Assembly (NCBI GenBank): GCA_030916945.1
Contig: JAUPVS010000001.1
Location: 2,138 to 66,137 of the forward strand
Direction of reading: 5' to 3'
From: Patescibacteria group bacterium
Lineage (GTDB): Bacteria > Patescibacteriota > Saccharimonadia > Saccharimonadales > JAUPVS01
DNA length: 64,000 bases
In this document: in pieces, positions 1 to 10,018 of the stretch
Numbering within the stretch: the stretch's first letter is position 1
How the letters are laid out: the number at the start of each line of letters is the position of its first letter
Position numbers and translations under genes: made by a program
The notes under the pieces: generated by a model
Database searches by the model: none
What the model saw: only the letters and a program-made list of their open reading frames with translations
What the model was told of the DNA's origin: nothing

Positions 1-1586
1 TGCAAGCCAGCGCCCAAACAAATTGGGTGCCAAAAACGCTTAAAGAAGGTCGTTTTGCTAACATTATCGACTCCGCGCCTGACTGGAACTTATCGCGCGA
101 TCGTTACTGGGCTACGCCTATCCCTGTTTGGGAAGGCATGCGCCCCGATGGCACAAAGATTGTCAAAGTCATTGGCTCATACCAAGAATTTGAAGAATTA
201 ACAGGCAAAAAACTCGACGACTACCATCTGCCTAAAGTCATGAATGTTGAGTTCGAAGTTGATGGCGTCATGCTCAAGCACATTGGCAAAGTTTTGGATT
301 GCTGGTTCGAAAGCGGTTCCATGCCGTTCGCCCAGTTCCACTATCCATTCCAAAACAAACAAAAGTTCGAAAATAGCTACCCAGCCGACTTTATTGTCGA
401 AGCCATCGACCAAACCCGTGGTTGGTTCTACTCGCTAACGGCTGTTAACGTCGGTTTGTTCGGCACCTCGCCGTTCAAGAATCTAATCTGTACTGGCTTT
501 ATTAACGCTGCCGATGGCCGTAAAATGGCCAAGAAACTCAAGAATTACACCGATCCACTGGAATTAATGGACAAGGTTAGTGCCGATGCCTTCCGTTACG
601 CTTTGCTAACCTCACCAGTTGTAGCGGGCGAAGATATGAACCTGGCCGACAAAGACGTCGTTACCATGGAACGCAAGCTAACCATGATGTACAACGTGCT
701 CGACTTTTTCTTAATGTATGCCTCGGTTGATGGTTGGCAGCCCGATCAAGACACCTTAAACCCCGAACACCCATTGGACCAGTGGATTCTTAGCAAGTTT
801 CAGACACTTATTAAGGATGTGTCAGAAAATATGAACGGCTACGATTTAATGCGGGCCACTCGCCCAATTATGGAATTCTTGGATGGGCTTAGCAACTGGT
901 ACATCCGTCGCAGCCGCAAGCGTTTCTGGAAGAGCGAAAACGACACCGACAAAGACCAAGCCTACCACACCCTATACTTCGTTTTAACCGAACTAAGCAA
1001 GCTGATGGCGCCATTCACGCCCTTCATGTCCGAAGACATTTATCAAACCTTAACAGGGAAGGAATCGGTCCATTTGGAAGACTTTCCAACTTACCAGACC
1101 CGGTTAGTGAACACAGAAGTTGAGCAAGAAATGGATGCCGTGCGCGACTACATCACCGAAGGTTTGTCATTGCGAGCCAAGGCACAACTGAAGGTTCGCC
1201 AGCCAATTGCCTCAATCACTACGCCCGAGTTCCCGGAGCTTTATAAAGAAATCGTGCTCGAAGAATTGAATGCCAAAGAAGTAAAGTGGGGCAAGGCAGT
1301 GGCGATTGACACCAAGCTCACCCCAGCTCTAAAGCAAGAAGGCTTAATGCGCGAAGTTATTCGCCAGGTTCAAAATGCCCGTAAACAGGCCGACTTACAG
1401 GTCGACGACCGGATTGAATTACGTCTGTCTGCTTCTGATGAAGACTTGCAAAAAGCCCTGAAGACCCACAGTGATGAGATTATGGCCGAAACGCTTACCA
1501 CCAAGTTATCCGACAAAGTGCTCAAGCACACTTCCGAAACCAAAGTCGAAGGCGCCAAGCTGACGATCAGCCTACAGAAATCCTAA
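1..1586 (+). CDS. ileS: Isoleucyl-tRNA synthetase, C-terminal part (5' end outside window)
   Basis: Reading frame of ORF 27..1586 is open to the left window edge. Class-Ia aaRS motifs DQTRGWFYS and a KMSKS-like GRKMAKKLKNY are followed by an IleRS-type anticodon-binding region. Confidence 0.9.
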   Translation, partial: QASAQTNWVPKTLKEGRFANIIDSAPDWNLSRDRYWATPIPVWEGMRPDGTKIVKVIGSYQEFEELTGKKLDDYHLPKVMNVEFEVDGVMLKHIGKVLDCWFESGSMPFAQFHYPFQNKQKFENSYPADFIVEAIDQTRGWFYSLTAVNVGLFGTSPFKNLICTGFINAADGRKMAKKLKNYTDPLELMDKVSADAFRYALLTSPVVAGEDMNLADKDVVTMERKLTMMYNVLDFFLMYASVDGWQPDQDTLNPEHPLDQWILSKFQTLIKDVSENMNGYDLMRATRPIMEFLDGLSNWYIRRSRKRFWKSENDTDKDQAYHTLYFVLTELSKLMAPFTPFMSEDIYQTLTGKESVHLEDFPTYQTRLVNTEVEQEMDAVRDYITEGLSLRAKAQLKVRQPIASITTPEFPELYKEIVLEELNAKEVKWGKAVAIDTKLTPALKQEGLMREVIRQVQNARKQADLQVDDRIELRLSASDEDLQKALKTHSDEIMAETLTTKLSDKVLKHTSETKVEGAKLTISLQKS

Positions 1587-1628
1587 ACTCGAATACCTAA
1601 ATACTAAAAAGTATTAACAGAACGGGTG

Positions 1629-1657
1629 TTGACCAAGGGCTGCCAATCTGTTAGAAT
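1629..1657 (+). promoter_or_regulatory. sigma70-type promoter of rplU
   Basis: TTGACC (1629-1634), 17-nt spacer, TGtTAGAAT extended -10 (TAGAAT 1652-1657), 14 nt upstream of the rplU ATG. Confidence 0.6.
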
Positions 1658-1671
1658 CACTTGGTATCTTT

Positions 1672-1980
1672 ATGAAAAAAGCAATTATCGCCACTGGTGG
1701 CAAACAATATATCGTAACCGAAGGTGAAACCCTAGAGGTTGAGTTATTGCATGCCGACAAAAAATCGGTTAGCTTTGACGCTCTACTAGTTATCGATGGT
1801 GACAAGACAACGGTTGGTGCGCCAACAGTTGCTGGTGCCAAGGTCACAGCCGAGGTTGTTAACGAAGACGTAGCTGGCGACAAAGTTACCGCTATCCGTT
1901 ACAAGCCAAAGAAGCGGGTCCACAAAGTTCATGGTCATCGCCAACACCACACCATTCTCAAGATTACCAAAATTGCTTAA
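1672..1980 (+). CDS. rplU: 50S ribosomal protein L21
   Basis: 102 aa; N-terminus MKKAIIATGGKQYIVTEGETLEVE and C-terminal HRQHHT are typical of L21. Confidence 0.95.
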   Translation: MKKAIIATGGKQYIVTEGETLEVELLHADKKSVSFDALLVIDGDKTTVGAPTVAGAKVTAEVVNEDVAGDKVTAIRYKPKKRVHKVHGHRQHHTILKITKIA

Positions 1981-2014
1981 CAGCCAATAGTTAAGAACTT
2001 TTTAATAGTTACCA

Positions 2015-2040
2015 AGACTCACCCAGGTGAGTCTTTTCTT
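2015..2040 (+). terminator. Intrinsic terminator after rplU
   Basis: Stem agactcac (2015-2022) / gtgagtct (2027-2034), 4-nt loop, followed by ttttctt. Confidence 0.7.
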
Positions 2041-2140
2041 ATGTCGCACAATACTGGTAAAAACTAGGCCGACCGTTGCCGCTAATCAGATAAGATGGTA
2101 AGCTAATGCTTAGATAGGTAGAGGGAAAACACATATAGCC

Positions 2141-2899
2141 ATGTCGCAAACCATTGCAATTCTGAATCAAAAGGGCGGAGTTGGTAAAACCACCACCGCG
2201 ATTAACCTGGCCGCTTATTTACAGAAGCTGGGTAAATCGGTTTTGCTGGTTGATCTTGATCCACAGGGTAACGCCACCAGTGGTCTTGGTATCGACAAAA
2301 CCACCGTCGACAGTGGTACTTATGAGCTACTACTAGGGCAGATCCAGCTGGCCGACGCTATAAAACCAGTCCACGACAGCGGCATCTTTATTGTGCCCAC
2401 CAATGCCAACCTGGCAGCCGTTGAAGTTGAGTTGGTCAACAAGCCTAACCGAGAACAGGCTCTCAAAGCCGCCTTAGACAAAGCCGCCTATGATTATGTC
2501 TTAATTGATTGCCCGCCAGCTTTAAGTTTGCTGACCATCAACGCCTTAACGGCGGCTGATAGTATTATAATTCCGGTTCAGGCCGAATATTATGCGCTCG
2601 AGGGCTTAGGTCAATTACTGCAGGTATTTCAACAGGTAAAAGGCGGTCTTAACCCGCAACTCGAAATTATGGGTGTGGTGGTAACCATGTACGACAGTCG
2701 AACCAGTTTATCGGACCAGGTACTAAAGGAACTTCAGAAGCACTTTGCCGATAAGTTGTTTAAAACGGTCATTCCGCGTAATGTTCGCTTGGCCGAAGCT
2801 CCCAGCTACGGTCAGTCAATTATGCAACATGATAAGTGGTCAAAAGGCGCCCGCGCCTACAAGCAATTAGCCAAGGAGGTAGTGGAACGTGGCAACTAA
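2141..2899 (+). CDS. parA: Chromosome partitioning ATPase ParA/Soj
   Basis: Deviant Walker A NQKGGVGKTTT, DLDPQGN and CPP motifs; directly followed by parB. Confidence 0.9.
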   Translation: MSQTIAILNQKGGVGKTTTAINLAAYLQKLGKSVLLVDLDPQGNATSGLGIDKTTVDSGTYELLLGQIQLADAIKPVHDSGIFIVPTNANLAAVEVELVNKPNREQALKAALDKAAYDYVLIDCPPALSLLTINALTAADSIIIPVQAEYYALEGLGQLLQVFQQVKGGLNPQLEIMGVVVTMYDSRTSLSDQVLKELQKHFADKLFKTVIPRNVRLAEAPSYGQSIMQHDKWSKGARAYKQLAKEVVERGN

Positions 2900-3755
2900 A
2901 AAAACCAGTGGATTGGGCAGGGGATTCAGCACGCTCATTCCCGATAACTTCGATAGCTCACTGTTAACGGACGAGCAAAATCGAATACAAAAATTACTCA
3001 TTAGCGATATTAAGCCGGGCAAACAACAGCCCCGTAGCGAATTTAACGAAACCCAGCTTAAAGAACTAGCCTCATCAATTAAGCAGCACGGTATTCTTCA
3101 GCCCTTGATTGTGCGAGTTGACGGCACGACCTATTACATTGTGGCCGGCGAAAGACGGTGGCGCGCCGCCCAACTAGCTGGGATGACTCATGTTCCGGCG
3201 ATTGTGCGTAGCATGGAAGAACTCGAAGAATTAGAGTTAGCCTTGGTGGAAAATGTCCAGCGCGAAGATTTGTCGCCCCTCGATCAAGCCCTGTCTATCT
3301 ATCGACTGGTTAATCAGTTCAACCTAAGCCTCGAAACCGTTGCCAAACGCCTCGGCAAAGCCGTGCCGACGGTGGGTAACATTGTTCGTCTGCTTAATTT
3401 GCCAGAAGATGCCCAAACCGCTCTGCGCGATGGAGTTATTAGCGAAGGGCATGCCCGGGCCGTACTGGCTCTAAAAGACAAGCCCGACAAACAAGCCGAG
3501 CTCCTAAAGCTGATTATCGCTAACAAGTGGACCGTTCGCCAGGCCGAACAGTTTGTGGTGGCGACGCGCAAGGGTGCCCAGAGTGAATCTGCCAAGCAGC
3601 AATTGGCCACCACCACCCCCGCTACCCAAAAACTAAGCCAACGGATTGGCGCACCGGTGTCGATTAGGCGAACCGCTAAGGGCGGCAAGCTCGAAATCGC
3701 TTTTACTTCTAACAAAGAGCTCGATGAACTAGTTAAAAAACTTTCGTCTGATTAA
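2889..3755 (+). CDS. parB: Chromosome partitioning protein ParB/Spo0J
   Basis: GTG start overlapping parA by 11 nt; ParB box GERRWRAA, LQPLIVR, HTH region. Confidence 0.9.
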   Translation: MATKKTSGLGRGFSTLIPDNFDSSLLTDEQNRIQKLLISDIKPGKQQPRSEFNETQLKELASSIKQHGILQPLIVRVDGTTYYIVAGERRWRAAQLAGMTHVPAIVRSMEELEELELALVENVQREDLSPLDQALSIYRLVNQFNLSLETVAKRLGKAVPTVGNIVRLLNLPEDAQTALRDGVISEGHARAVLALKDKPDKQAELLKLIIANKWTVRQAEQFVVATRKGAQSESAKQQLATTTPATQKLSQRIGAPVSIRRTAKGGKLEIAFTSNKELDELVKKLSSD

Positions 3756-4365
3756 ACGGGTAGACCCGTAAACCAAGCTTACCAACGATATCGCTAGCTG
3801 GCAGGGTGCCAAAATAGCGGGAATCAAGCGAGTTGCCGCGGTTGTCGCCGAGTACAAAGACCTCATTAGCGGGAACGGTCATATCAACTTCACCTTCGGT
3901 TTGGTTGATGACTTTGCCGTAAGGCAGGGTTTTATCGGGCGAAAAGCCATTCGGATTCTCTTCGTTATAAACCGTTACGTAGCCGTTGGTTATGACAACT
4001 CGCTCGCCGGGCAGAGCGACGACTCGCTTAATAAGTTGGCGCTTCGAGGTGCCTTCTAAAGAACTGTTGGGTTGGTTAAAGATTATGACGTCGCCTCGGT
4101 TAGGTATGTAGTCGTTGCCGGTCAGTCGTGACCAAGTTCGTTGTAGCTTTACGACAACCAGGCGATCTTGGTTATACAAAGTTGTTTCCATGCTAGGACC
4201 GTCAACTTCGTAAGACTGAAAGATAAAACTGGTGAGAAAGATCGCTAACAGGGGTGCCAGAATTAGTAACCCGAGTGTTGTCAGGATACTCTTAAGACCT
4301 TCCTTGTTGTCTTTGGGCGCTGGAGCCGGCTGGTTGTGATGAGGATGGGGAGTGCTATGTTCCAT
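3733..4365 (-). CDS. lepB: Signal peptidase I (S26)
   Basis: N-terminal TM; catalytic boxes GPSMETTL, KRVVALPGE, GDNRGNSLDSRYFG. Convergent 23-nt overlap with the parB end. Confidence 0.9.
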   Translation of the reverse strand: MEHSTPHPHHNQPAPAPKDNKEGLKSILTTLGLLILAPLLAIFLTSFIFQSYEVDGPSMETTLYNQDRLVVVKLQRTWSRLTGNDYIPNRGDVIIFNQPNSSLEGTSKRQLIKRVVALPGERVVITNGYVTVYNEENPNGFSPDKTLPYGKVINQTEGEVDMTVPANEVFVLGDNRGNSLDSRYFGTLPASDIVGKLGLRVYPFNQTKVF

Positions 4366-4371
4366 AATCGT

Positions 4372-4466
4372 GTGGTCTTACTATACCGTATTCGTCCGAC
4401 CACTCCTATTATTAGGCTTATGTATAGGTTTACGCGGAGCACTATAATCGTTATACTTAAGACCAC
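4372..4466. promoter_or_regulatory. Symmetric divergent promoter region lepB / LCP gene
   Basis: Minus strand: TATAGT (4385-4380) + 14 nt + ATG 4365. Plus strand: TATACT (4452-4457) + 14 nt + ATG 4472. Both short leaders contain TAAGACCAC (4380-4372 on the minus strand, 4458-4466 on the plus strand). Confidence 0.5.
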
Positions 4467-4471
4467 TTGCT

Positions 4472-6127
4472 ATGGATAATTTTAGACGACCCAAACGTTC
4501 CAAACGCGGCTTTGCTATAGACGGTATGCTGCGCTCACCGCGGCCATCTGGTGGTGTTGGTGATTTTCACCGTAAACCAGTTCCGACTGTCACGCGCCGT
4601 CAGCAGCCAGAACGCCGCCCACAACTGGGAAACTTTAAGCAAACCGATGGCTTTAAGGCTAGCGCGCAGCCCACATTACCATCGGCCACGCCGTTTAAAA
4701 AGGCGGTCGACAAGCAGTTGGCCGAGGAACCAGTTCAAAAGAAGAAGCGCGGACTACACCGGCGTAGTAAAGCCGACCGAAAAGCCCGCCGCAGTCAGCA
4801 CAAGTGGCGAACCCTGGCCAAACGTACCAGTCTGGCGTTGATGGTGCTAGTGCTGGTCGGTGGTGGCTTTGTGGGGGCTAAAGCCTACATGAAGTCGCGC
4901 AAGGTGCTACAGGGTGGCGGTTCGGCCGTTGCTTTGCAGGAAAACGTCGACCCGTCACAGCTTAAGGTAGAGGGCGATGGCCGGATTAACATTTTGCTAT
5001 TGGGTCGGGGCGGCGATGGTCACGAAGGACCCGATCTAACCGATACTCTATTGGTCGCCAGTATCGACCCAATTAGCAAAGAAGCTGGCCTGGTTAGTAT
5101 CCCGCGTGATATGTGGGTCAAGCCAGCCGGGGCCAGTTACACCAAGATTAACGCTGTTTACGCCAACGCCAAGTACAAGGTGCAGGATGGTAAAAAAATC
5201 CCTAACCAAGCCCAAGAGGCCGAAAAAGCCGGTCAGGCCGCCATCGAAAAGACTGTCGAAGACACCCTTGGGATCCCAATTCACTACCATGTGATGGTCG
5301 ACTTCGAAGCTTTCCGCAAATCGATCGATACCGTGGGCGGAGTTGATATCAATGTTAAAAACCAGCTGTACGACCCATCGGTAGCCTGGGAAAACAACTG
5401 GAACCCGCTAATAGCGGCCGTTGGCCAGCAGAAGTTTAACGGTAATAAAGCCTTGCTGTACGTACGTTCGCGTCATGGCAGTGCCCGCGGTGACTTTGAC
5501 CGTGCCGAACGCCAGCGTGAAATGTTAGTGGCCCTAAAAGATAAAGTGCTAAGTTTGGGGACATTTGGTAACCCAGTAAAAGTGTCACAGTTGTTGGACG
5601 CTTTTGGTGATCACGTCGAGACAAACTTTGGTAGTGGTGAAGTCATGAAGCTGTATAACATTGCTAAACAGATTCCTTCTAACAAGGTGGTCTCGGTTGG
5701 CCTAGCCGATCCACCTAACGACTTTATTACCACCGATATGGTGGCTGGCCAATCGGTGGTTGTGCCCAAGGCCGGTATTGGTGATTATGCAGCAATTCAA
5801 AGCTACATCCGCAACACCTTAAAAGACAGCTACATTAAGGACGAAAACGCTGCCATCCTGGTGTTTAACGGCACCAATAAGGCTGGCTTGGCAACAACTA
5901 AAGCCAACCTGCTGAAATCGTATGGCTATAATGTTGGTGAAGTTGCCGATGCGCCTACTAAGGACTACACCAAAACTCAGTTAATTGATCTGCGCGATGG
6001 CAAAAAGAAGTACACCAAACACTATTTACAGAAGCGCCTAGGCGTCAATGCTACCACCAAGCTACCGGAAGGCATTAACCCCGGTACGGCTGATTTTGTG
6101 ATAGTATTAGGGCAGCAAACGGAGTAA
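4472..6127 (+). CDS. LytR-CpsA-Psr (LCP) family cell-envelope phosphotransferase
   Basis: Very basic N-terminal tail, one TM, LCP core INILLLGRGGDG...DLTDTLLVASIDP...SIPRD, C-terminal LytR_C-like domain. Confidence 0.85.
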   Translation: MDNFRRPKRSKRGFAIDGMLRSPRPSGGVGDFHRKPVPTVTRRQQPERRPQLGNFKQTDGFKASAQPTLPSATPFKKAVDKQLAEEPVQKKKRGLHRRSKADRKARRSQHKWRTLAKRTSLALMVLVLVGGGFVGAKAYMKSRKVLQGGGSAVALQENVDPSQLKVEGDGRINILLLGRGGDGHEGPDLTDTLLVASIDPISKEAGLVSIPRDMWVKPAGASYTKINAVYANAKYKVQDGKKIPNQAQEAEKAGQAAIEKTVEDTLGIPIHYHVMVDFEAFRKSIDTVGGVDINVKNQLYDPSVAWENNWNPLIAAVGQQKFNGNKALLYVRSRHGSARGDFDRAERQREMLVALKDKVLSLGTFGNPVKVSQLLDAFGDHVETNFGSGEVMKLYNIAKQIPSNKVVSVGLADPPNDFITTDMVAGQSVVVPKAGIGDYAAIQSYIRNTLKDSYIKDENAAILVFNGTNKAGLATTKANLLKSYGYNVGEVADAPTKDYTKTQLIDLRDGKKKYTKHYLQKRLGVNATTKLPEGINPGTADFVIVLGQQTE

Positions 6128-6136
6128 ATAGATCTT

Positions 6137-6898
6137 ATGGCAAAGCTGCCGACTAAACGGTTCAAGAAAATTCGTCCCAAAAATGGTGTGGCGCACGCCC
6201 TCCATCTATTGTTGACGTTACTACTGCCGATTTTGGTTTATGTGCTGGTCCGCATCCATTTTGCCCAGCTTGCCTTATTGCTTATTTTGCTTAGTAAATG
6301 GCGCATGTGGGCAGTCAAGCCGCGCCACTGGCCAGCCAACATCCGTGCCAACGCCATCGATATTATTGTCGGAGTTTCGCTGTTGGTGTTTATGATTCAA
6401 GCCGACTCTCAGCTGTTCCAGCTTATCTGGGCGGCTGTCTATGCCGTCTGGTTACTGTTTATTAAGCCGGGATCGCAGGTTATATCGGTATCGGCTCAGG
6501 CTTTAATTGGGCAGTTCGTTGGTCTAACAGCTTTATTCTTGCGCTATGGCGACATGAATGCCCTTGGTCTAATTGTTGCCAGCTGGGCAATCTGCTACCT
6601 GGCGGCAAGGCACTTTTTGGCCAGTTTTGACGAGCCGCAAACCCGCTTCTTCTCTTACCTGTGGGGCTATTTTGGTGCCGCCTTGGTTTGGATATTGAGC
6701 CACTGGCTACTATTCTATGGTCCAATCGCCCAACCAACCTTATTGATATCGGTAATTGGTTTTGGTTTGGCTACCCTGTACTATCTACACGAAACCGACC
6801 GGCTGTCGACATTTTTCCAGCGGCAGATACTGTTTATTATGTTGGCAATTGTCGTGATACTCATTGTTTTCTCAGACTGGGGTGATAAAACTGTCTAA
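6137..6898 (+). CDS. Hypothetical polytopic membrane protein
   Basis: 253 aa with about 7 hydrophobic segments; 9 nt after the LCP gene. No motif recognised. Confidence 0.6.
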   Translation: MAKLPTKRFKKIRPKNGVAHALHLLLTLLLPILVYVLVRIHFAQLALLLILLSKWRMWAVKPRHWPANIRANAIDIIVGVSLLVFMIQADSQLFQLIWAAVYAVWLLFIKPGSQVISVSAQALIGQFVGLTALFLRYGDMNALGLIVASWAICYLAARHFLASFDEPQTRFFSYLWGYFGAALVWILSHWLLFYGPIAQPTLLISVIGFGLATLYYLHETDRLSTFFQRQILFIMLAIVVILIVFSDWGDKTV

Positions 6899-6926
6899 AA
6901 CAAACTAGGGTAAAGAGGGGTGCGTA

Positions 6927-8108
6927 GTGAACGAAGAAACAGTTGCAAAAAAACGTAGTTGGCGACCATCGCGGCGCGGCCTTGGCTTATTAGGTGCCGG
7001 TGTATTTTTACTGGCTAGCCTGGCAGCCGGTTATACCGGTAGCTGGATTCAAAATCGCAATGGCGGAGAACTGAGCACGTCTACTCAAAAGCAGGTCATT
7101 TCTTCAGAGAGTAACCTAATAAGTCAGATTGCCAAAGATGTTGGACCGAGCGTGGTATCGGTCAATGTCACCAGCGCCGCGGCCGCTAGTGCCGAAGATA
7201 GTTTCTTTGGTAGAAGTCTTGGCGAAGCCGAAAGTGCGGGCACCGGCTTTATTGTTAGCGCCGATGGTGTAATTGTAACTAACCGCCACGTCGTGCCAGC
7301 CGGAACCACCAAAGTTAATGTGGTGTTGTCGGACGGCACTAAGTTAACTAACGTGTCGGTAATTGGGCGGACCAACGATAGTGACTCGCTAGACATCGCG
7401 TTCTTAAAGGTTAACGACAAACAAGGTAAGACGCTGACACCGGCCAAGCTGGGCGATTCATCCAAGATGCAGGTGGGTGACAAAGTCGTTGCTATTGGTA
7501 ATGCGCTTGGTCAGTTCCAGAACACTGTAACCTCAGGTATTATCTCGGGTTATGGCCGCGATGTTGAGGCTGGCGATAGCTCGGGTAGTGGCGTTACCGA
7601 ACAACTGCAGGACCTGTTTCAAACCGACGCCGCCATCAACCAAGGCAACTCTGGCGGGCCACTAGTTAATATTAATGGCGAGGTGATTGGCATCAACACG
7701 GCTGTGGCCGGCGATGCCCAGAATATTGGTTTCTCGATTCCAATTAATGATGTGACCAGTATGATCAAGAGCGTCCTGGCCAAGGGTAAGCTGGAACGAC
7801 CATACTTGGGTGTGCGCTACATATCGATTACCGATGATTACGCTACCACCAAAAACCTGCCAACCAAACGCGGCGCCTTTGTACTCGATAGTGCTGACTC
7901 GGTTGTAGCCGGTAGTCCGGCCGCTAGTGCCGGTATCAAGCCGGGCGATATTATTACCAAGGTGAATGGTAAAACAATTGACGAAAATAACAGTTTGTCG
8001 ACCGTACTGGGTCGCTTGTCAGTAGACGAAAAGGTAACCTTAACAATTATCCGCGACGGTAAAACCCAGGATATTAGCGTTACTTTGGCCGCTGCGCCGC
8101 AAAGTTAG
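6927..8108 (+). CDS. htrA: HtrA/DegP-family serine protease with PDZ domain
   Basis: GTG start after AAGAGGGG; triad contexts TNRHVV, DIAFLKV, GNSGGPL; C-terminal PDZ (GIKPGDIITKVNG). Confidence 0.9.
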   Translation: MNEETVAKKRSWRPSRRGLGLLGAGVFLLASLAAGYTGSWIQNRNGGELSTSTQKQVISSESNLISQIAKDVGPSVVSVNVTSAAAASAEDSFFGRSLGEAESAGTGFIVSADGVIVTNRHVVPAGTTKVNVVLSDGTKLTNVSVIGRTNDSDSLDIAFLKVNDKQGKTLTPAKLGDSSKMQVGDKVVAIGNALGQFQNTVTSGIISGYGRDVEAGDSSGSGVTEQLQDLFQTDAAINQGNSGGPLVNINGEVIGINTAVAGDAQNIGFSIPINDVTSMIKSVLAKGKLERPYLGVRYISITDDYATTKNLPTKRGAFVLDSADSVVAGSPAASAGIKPGDIITKVNGKTIDENNSLSTVLGRLSVDEKVTLTIIRDGKTQDISVTLAAAPQS

Positions 8109-8902
8109 GCCAAGAATACCTGAATGAAGTCGGCGCTGTCTTGGAGTTTGTAGCCATGTTTCTGGGCAATCTCGGCCAGCGTGGCGTGTTGAAAGGGCAG
8201 CGACTCGGTTAGCACGTAACCGTTATGGCCTTTAAGCTGAGTAAATAGCTCACGGTAAAGGTCGAGGCCATCGGGGCCACCAAAGATGGCCTGATGAGGC
8301 TCCTGCAAGGCTGCCAAGTTAACAGTGTGATCATCGGGCACATAAGGAAGATTAGCCAGAATAGTGGCGTTAGCGGGTAGTTTAACGCCCTCTAATAAAT
8401 TAGTTTGCTTCAGGTCAACGGTGGCTTGGTGTTTTTGGCAGTTTTGGCGGGCTACTTTTAGGCAACTGGGGTCAATATCAGTGGCAATCGTCTGGACCTC
8501 ATGCAGTTCGCAAGCGGCGGTGATGGCTAGCGCGCCCGAGCCGGTACCGACATCAACCACGGCCTTATGGTATTTAGCGGGCAGTTTTAAGAGTAGCTCA
8601 ATCATAGTCTCGGACTCCGGTCGGGGCACCAAAACAGCCGATGTCACCATGAACTCACGCCCATAGAACTCGCATTTCTGGCGGATGTAGGCCAGCGGTT
8701 CGTGCTGGCTACGACGCTCAACCAGAACGTTCAACTTCTTTTGTTGTTCATTGGTCAGCTGGTCGGTCGGCTCGGCCAATAGTTGAGCACTATTCTTATT
8801 CAATAGGTCGCCTAGCAGTACCAGGGCATCTAATCGAGCCGTGCCAATGCCGGCTTGATCTAGTTGCTGAGTGGTCTGCTGTAACCAGTCGTTAACCGTC
8901 AT
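8105..8902 (-). CDS. prmC: Release factor glutamine N5-methyltransferase PrmC/HemK
   Basis: SAM motif [11 protein letters not shown]; position directly downstream of and overlapping prfA; catalytic tetrapeptide reads NLPY instead of NPPY. Confidence 0.85.
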   Translation of the reverse strand: MTVNDWLQQTTQQLDQAGIGTARLDALVLLGDLLNKNSAQLLAEPTDQLTNEQQKKLNVLVERRSQHEPLAYIRQKCEFYGREFMVTSAVLVPRPESETMIELLLKLPAKYHKAVVDVGTGSGALAITAACELHEVQTIATDIDPSCLKVARQNCQKHQATVDLKQTNLLEGVKLPANATILANLPYVPDDHTVNLAALQEPHQAIFGGPDGLDLYRELFTQLKGHNGYVLTESLPFQHATLAEIAQKHGYKLQDSADFIQVFLA

Positions 8903-9950
8903 GACTGATCAGTTCGCGCTCATAAGCCTGAAGGTGCTCGACTAGATCGTCGATTTCACCGTTCAGCGCCACTGGTATGTTACTGCGACTGTAGTTAATA
9001 CGGTGGTCGGTGATGCGGTCCTGTGGGAAGTTATAGGTGCGAATCTTTTCGGAACGGTCACCGGAGCCGATTAATTTTTTACGGGCGTCAGACAGCTCTT
9101 TCTGTTCTTCATCGAGCTTGAGCTGTAGCAAGCGCGACCGTAGTACGCTCATGGCCTTGGCCTTGTTCTTAATCTGCGACTTTTCGTCTTGGTTAGAAAC
9201 CACCAGACCAGATGGTAGGTGGGTAATGCGGACGGCCGAGTCGGTAGTGTTAACCGATTGACCACCATGACCACCAGATCGATAAACATCAATCCGCAGG
9301 TCGTTAGGGTTAATTTCGATATCTGACTCTTCAGCCTCTGGCAGAACAGCCACGGTTACGGTAGAAGTATGAATCCGCCCCTGACTTTCGGTGGCTGGAA
9401 CACGTTGGACCCGGTGTACGCCAGCTTCGAACTTAAAAGTGCGGTAGGCCTCCAGCCCACGCACCGCGAAGACGACTTCTTTAAAGCCACCAACTTCGTT
9501 AGGACTTTCGTTGAGCAGCTCAATTTTATAACCGCGTCGTTCAGCTAGCCGGGCGTACATCCGGTATAGTTCACCGGCAAATAAACTAGATTCGTCACCA
9601 CCGGCCGCACCGCGAATTTCGATAATGCAGTCGCGTTCGTCATTGGGGTCTTTAGGGGTGAGGGCTTCGTCTAGGGCGGTGTTAACTTCTAGTAAAGTGG
9701 CCTCGAGCTCGGCCAGTTCGGCGCGGGCCATGTCGGCCAGTTCGGCATCGGAACCTTGAGCCATTTCTTTAGAAGAAGCCTGGGCCTTAAGAGCGGCCGA
9801 GCGGCGATCAAATAACTCAAGTAGGTTGTCGAGCTGACTCTGACGACGGGCCAACTTGGGGTATTCGGGCGCACTAAAAATGGCCGGGTCTTGTAACTTG
9901 GCTTGCAGTTCTTGATATTCTTGGCGCAGGCTGGCTTCTTTATCTTCCAT
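8892..9950 (-). CDS. prfA: Peptide chain release factor 1
   Basis: GGQ motif ([24 protein letters not shown]) and RF1-type PxT tripeptide ([12 protein letters not shown]). Confidence 0.95.
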   Translation of the reverse strand: MEDKEASLRQEYQELQAKLQDPAIFSAPEYPKLARRQSQLDNLLELFDRRSAALKAQASSKEMAQGSDAELADMARAELAELEATLLEVNTALDEALTPKDPNDERDCIIEIRGAAGGDESSLFAGELYRMYARLAERRGYKIELLNESPNEVGGFKEVVFAVRGLEAYRTFKFEAGVHRVQRVPATESQGRIHTSTVTVAVLPEAEESDIEINPNDLRIDVYRSGGHGGQSVNTTDSAVRITHLPSGLVVSNQDEKSQIKNKAKAMSVLRSRLLQLKLDEEQKELSDARKKLIGSGDRSEKIRTYNFPQDRITDHRINYSRSNIPVALNGEIDDLVEHLQAYERELISHDG

Positions 9951-9970
9951 ACTTATCCTTTAGTATATAC

Positions 9971-10005
9971 AAAAACCGCCTAGTTCAAGTGAAAAGGCGG
10001 TTTTA
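9971..10005 (-). terminator. Intrinsic terminator after rpmE
   Basis: On the minus strand: aaaaccgcc / ggcggtttt 9-bp stem with 15-nt loop, followed by a T-run. Confidence 0.7.
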
Positions 10006-10018
10006 TGAGTTAACGTAG

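Noticed and set aside
2141-3755. Replication origin next to parAB
   Set aside because: No dnaA or dnaN is nearby, and there is no cluster of DnaA boxes. Only isolated TTATCCAC-like 8-9-mers occur, for example the complement of 50472-50480 and one inside lysK near 18783.
4551-4841. 96-aa alternative-frame ORF inside the 5' part of the LCP gene
   Set aside because: It arises within the Arg/Pro-rich, GC-rich N-terminal region of the LCP gene. It has no independent signals and only low-complexity sequence.
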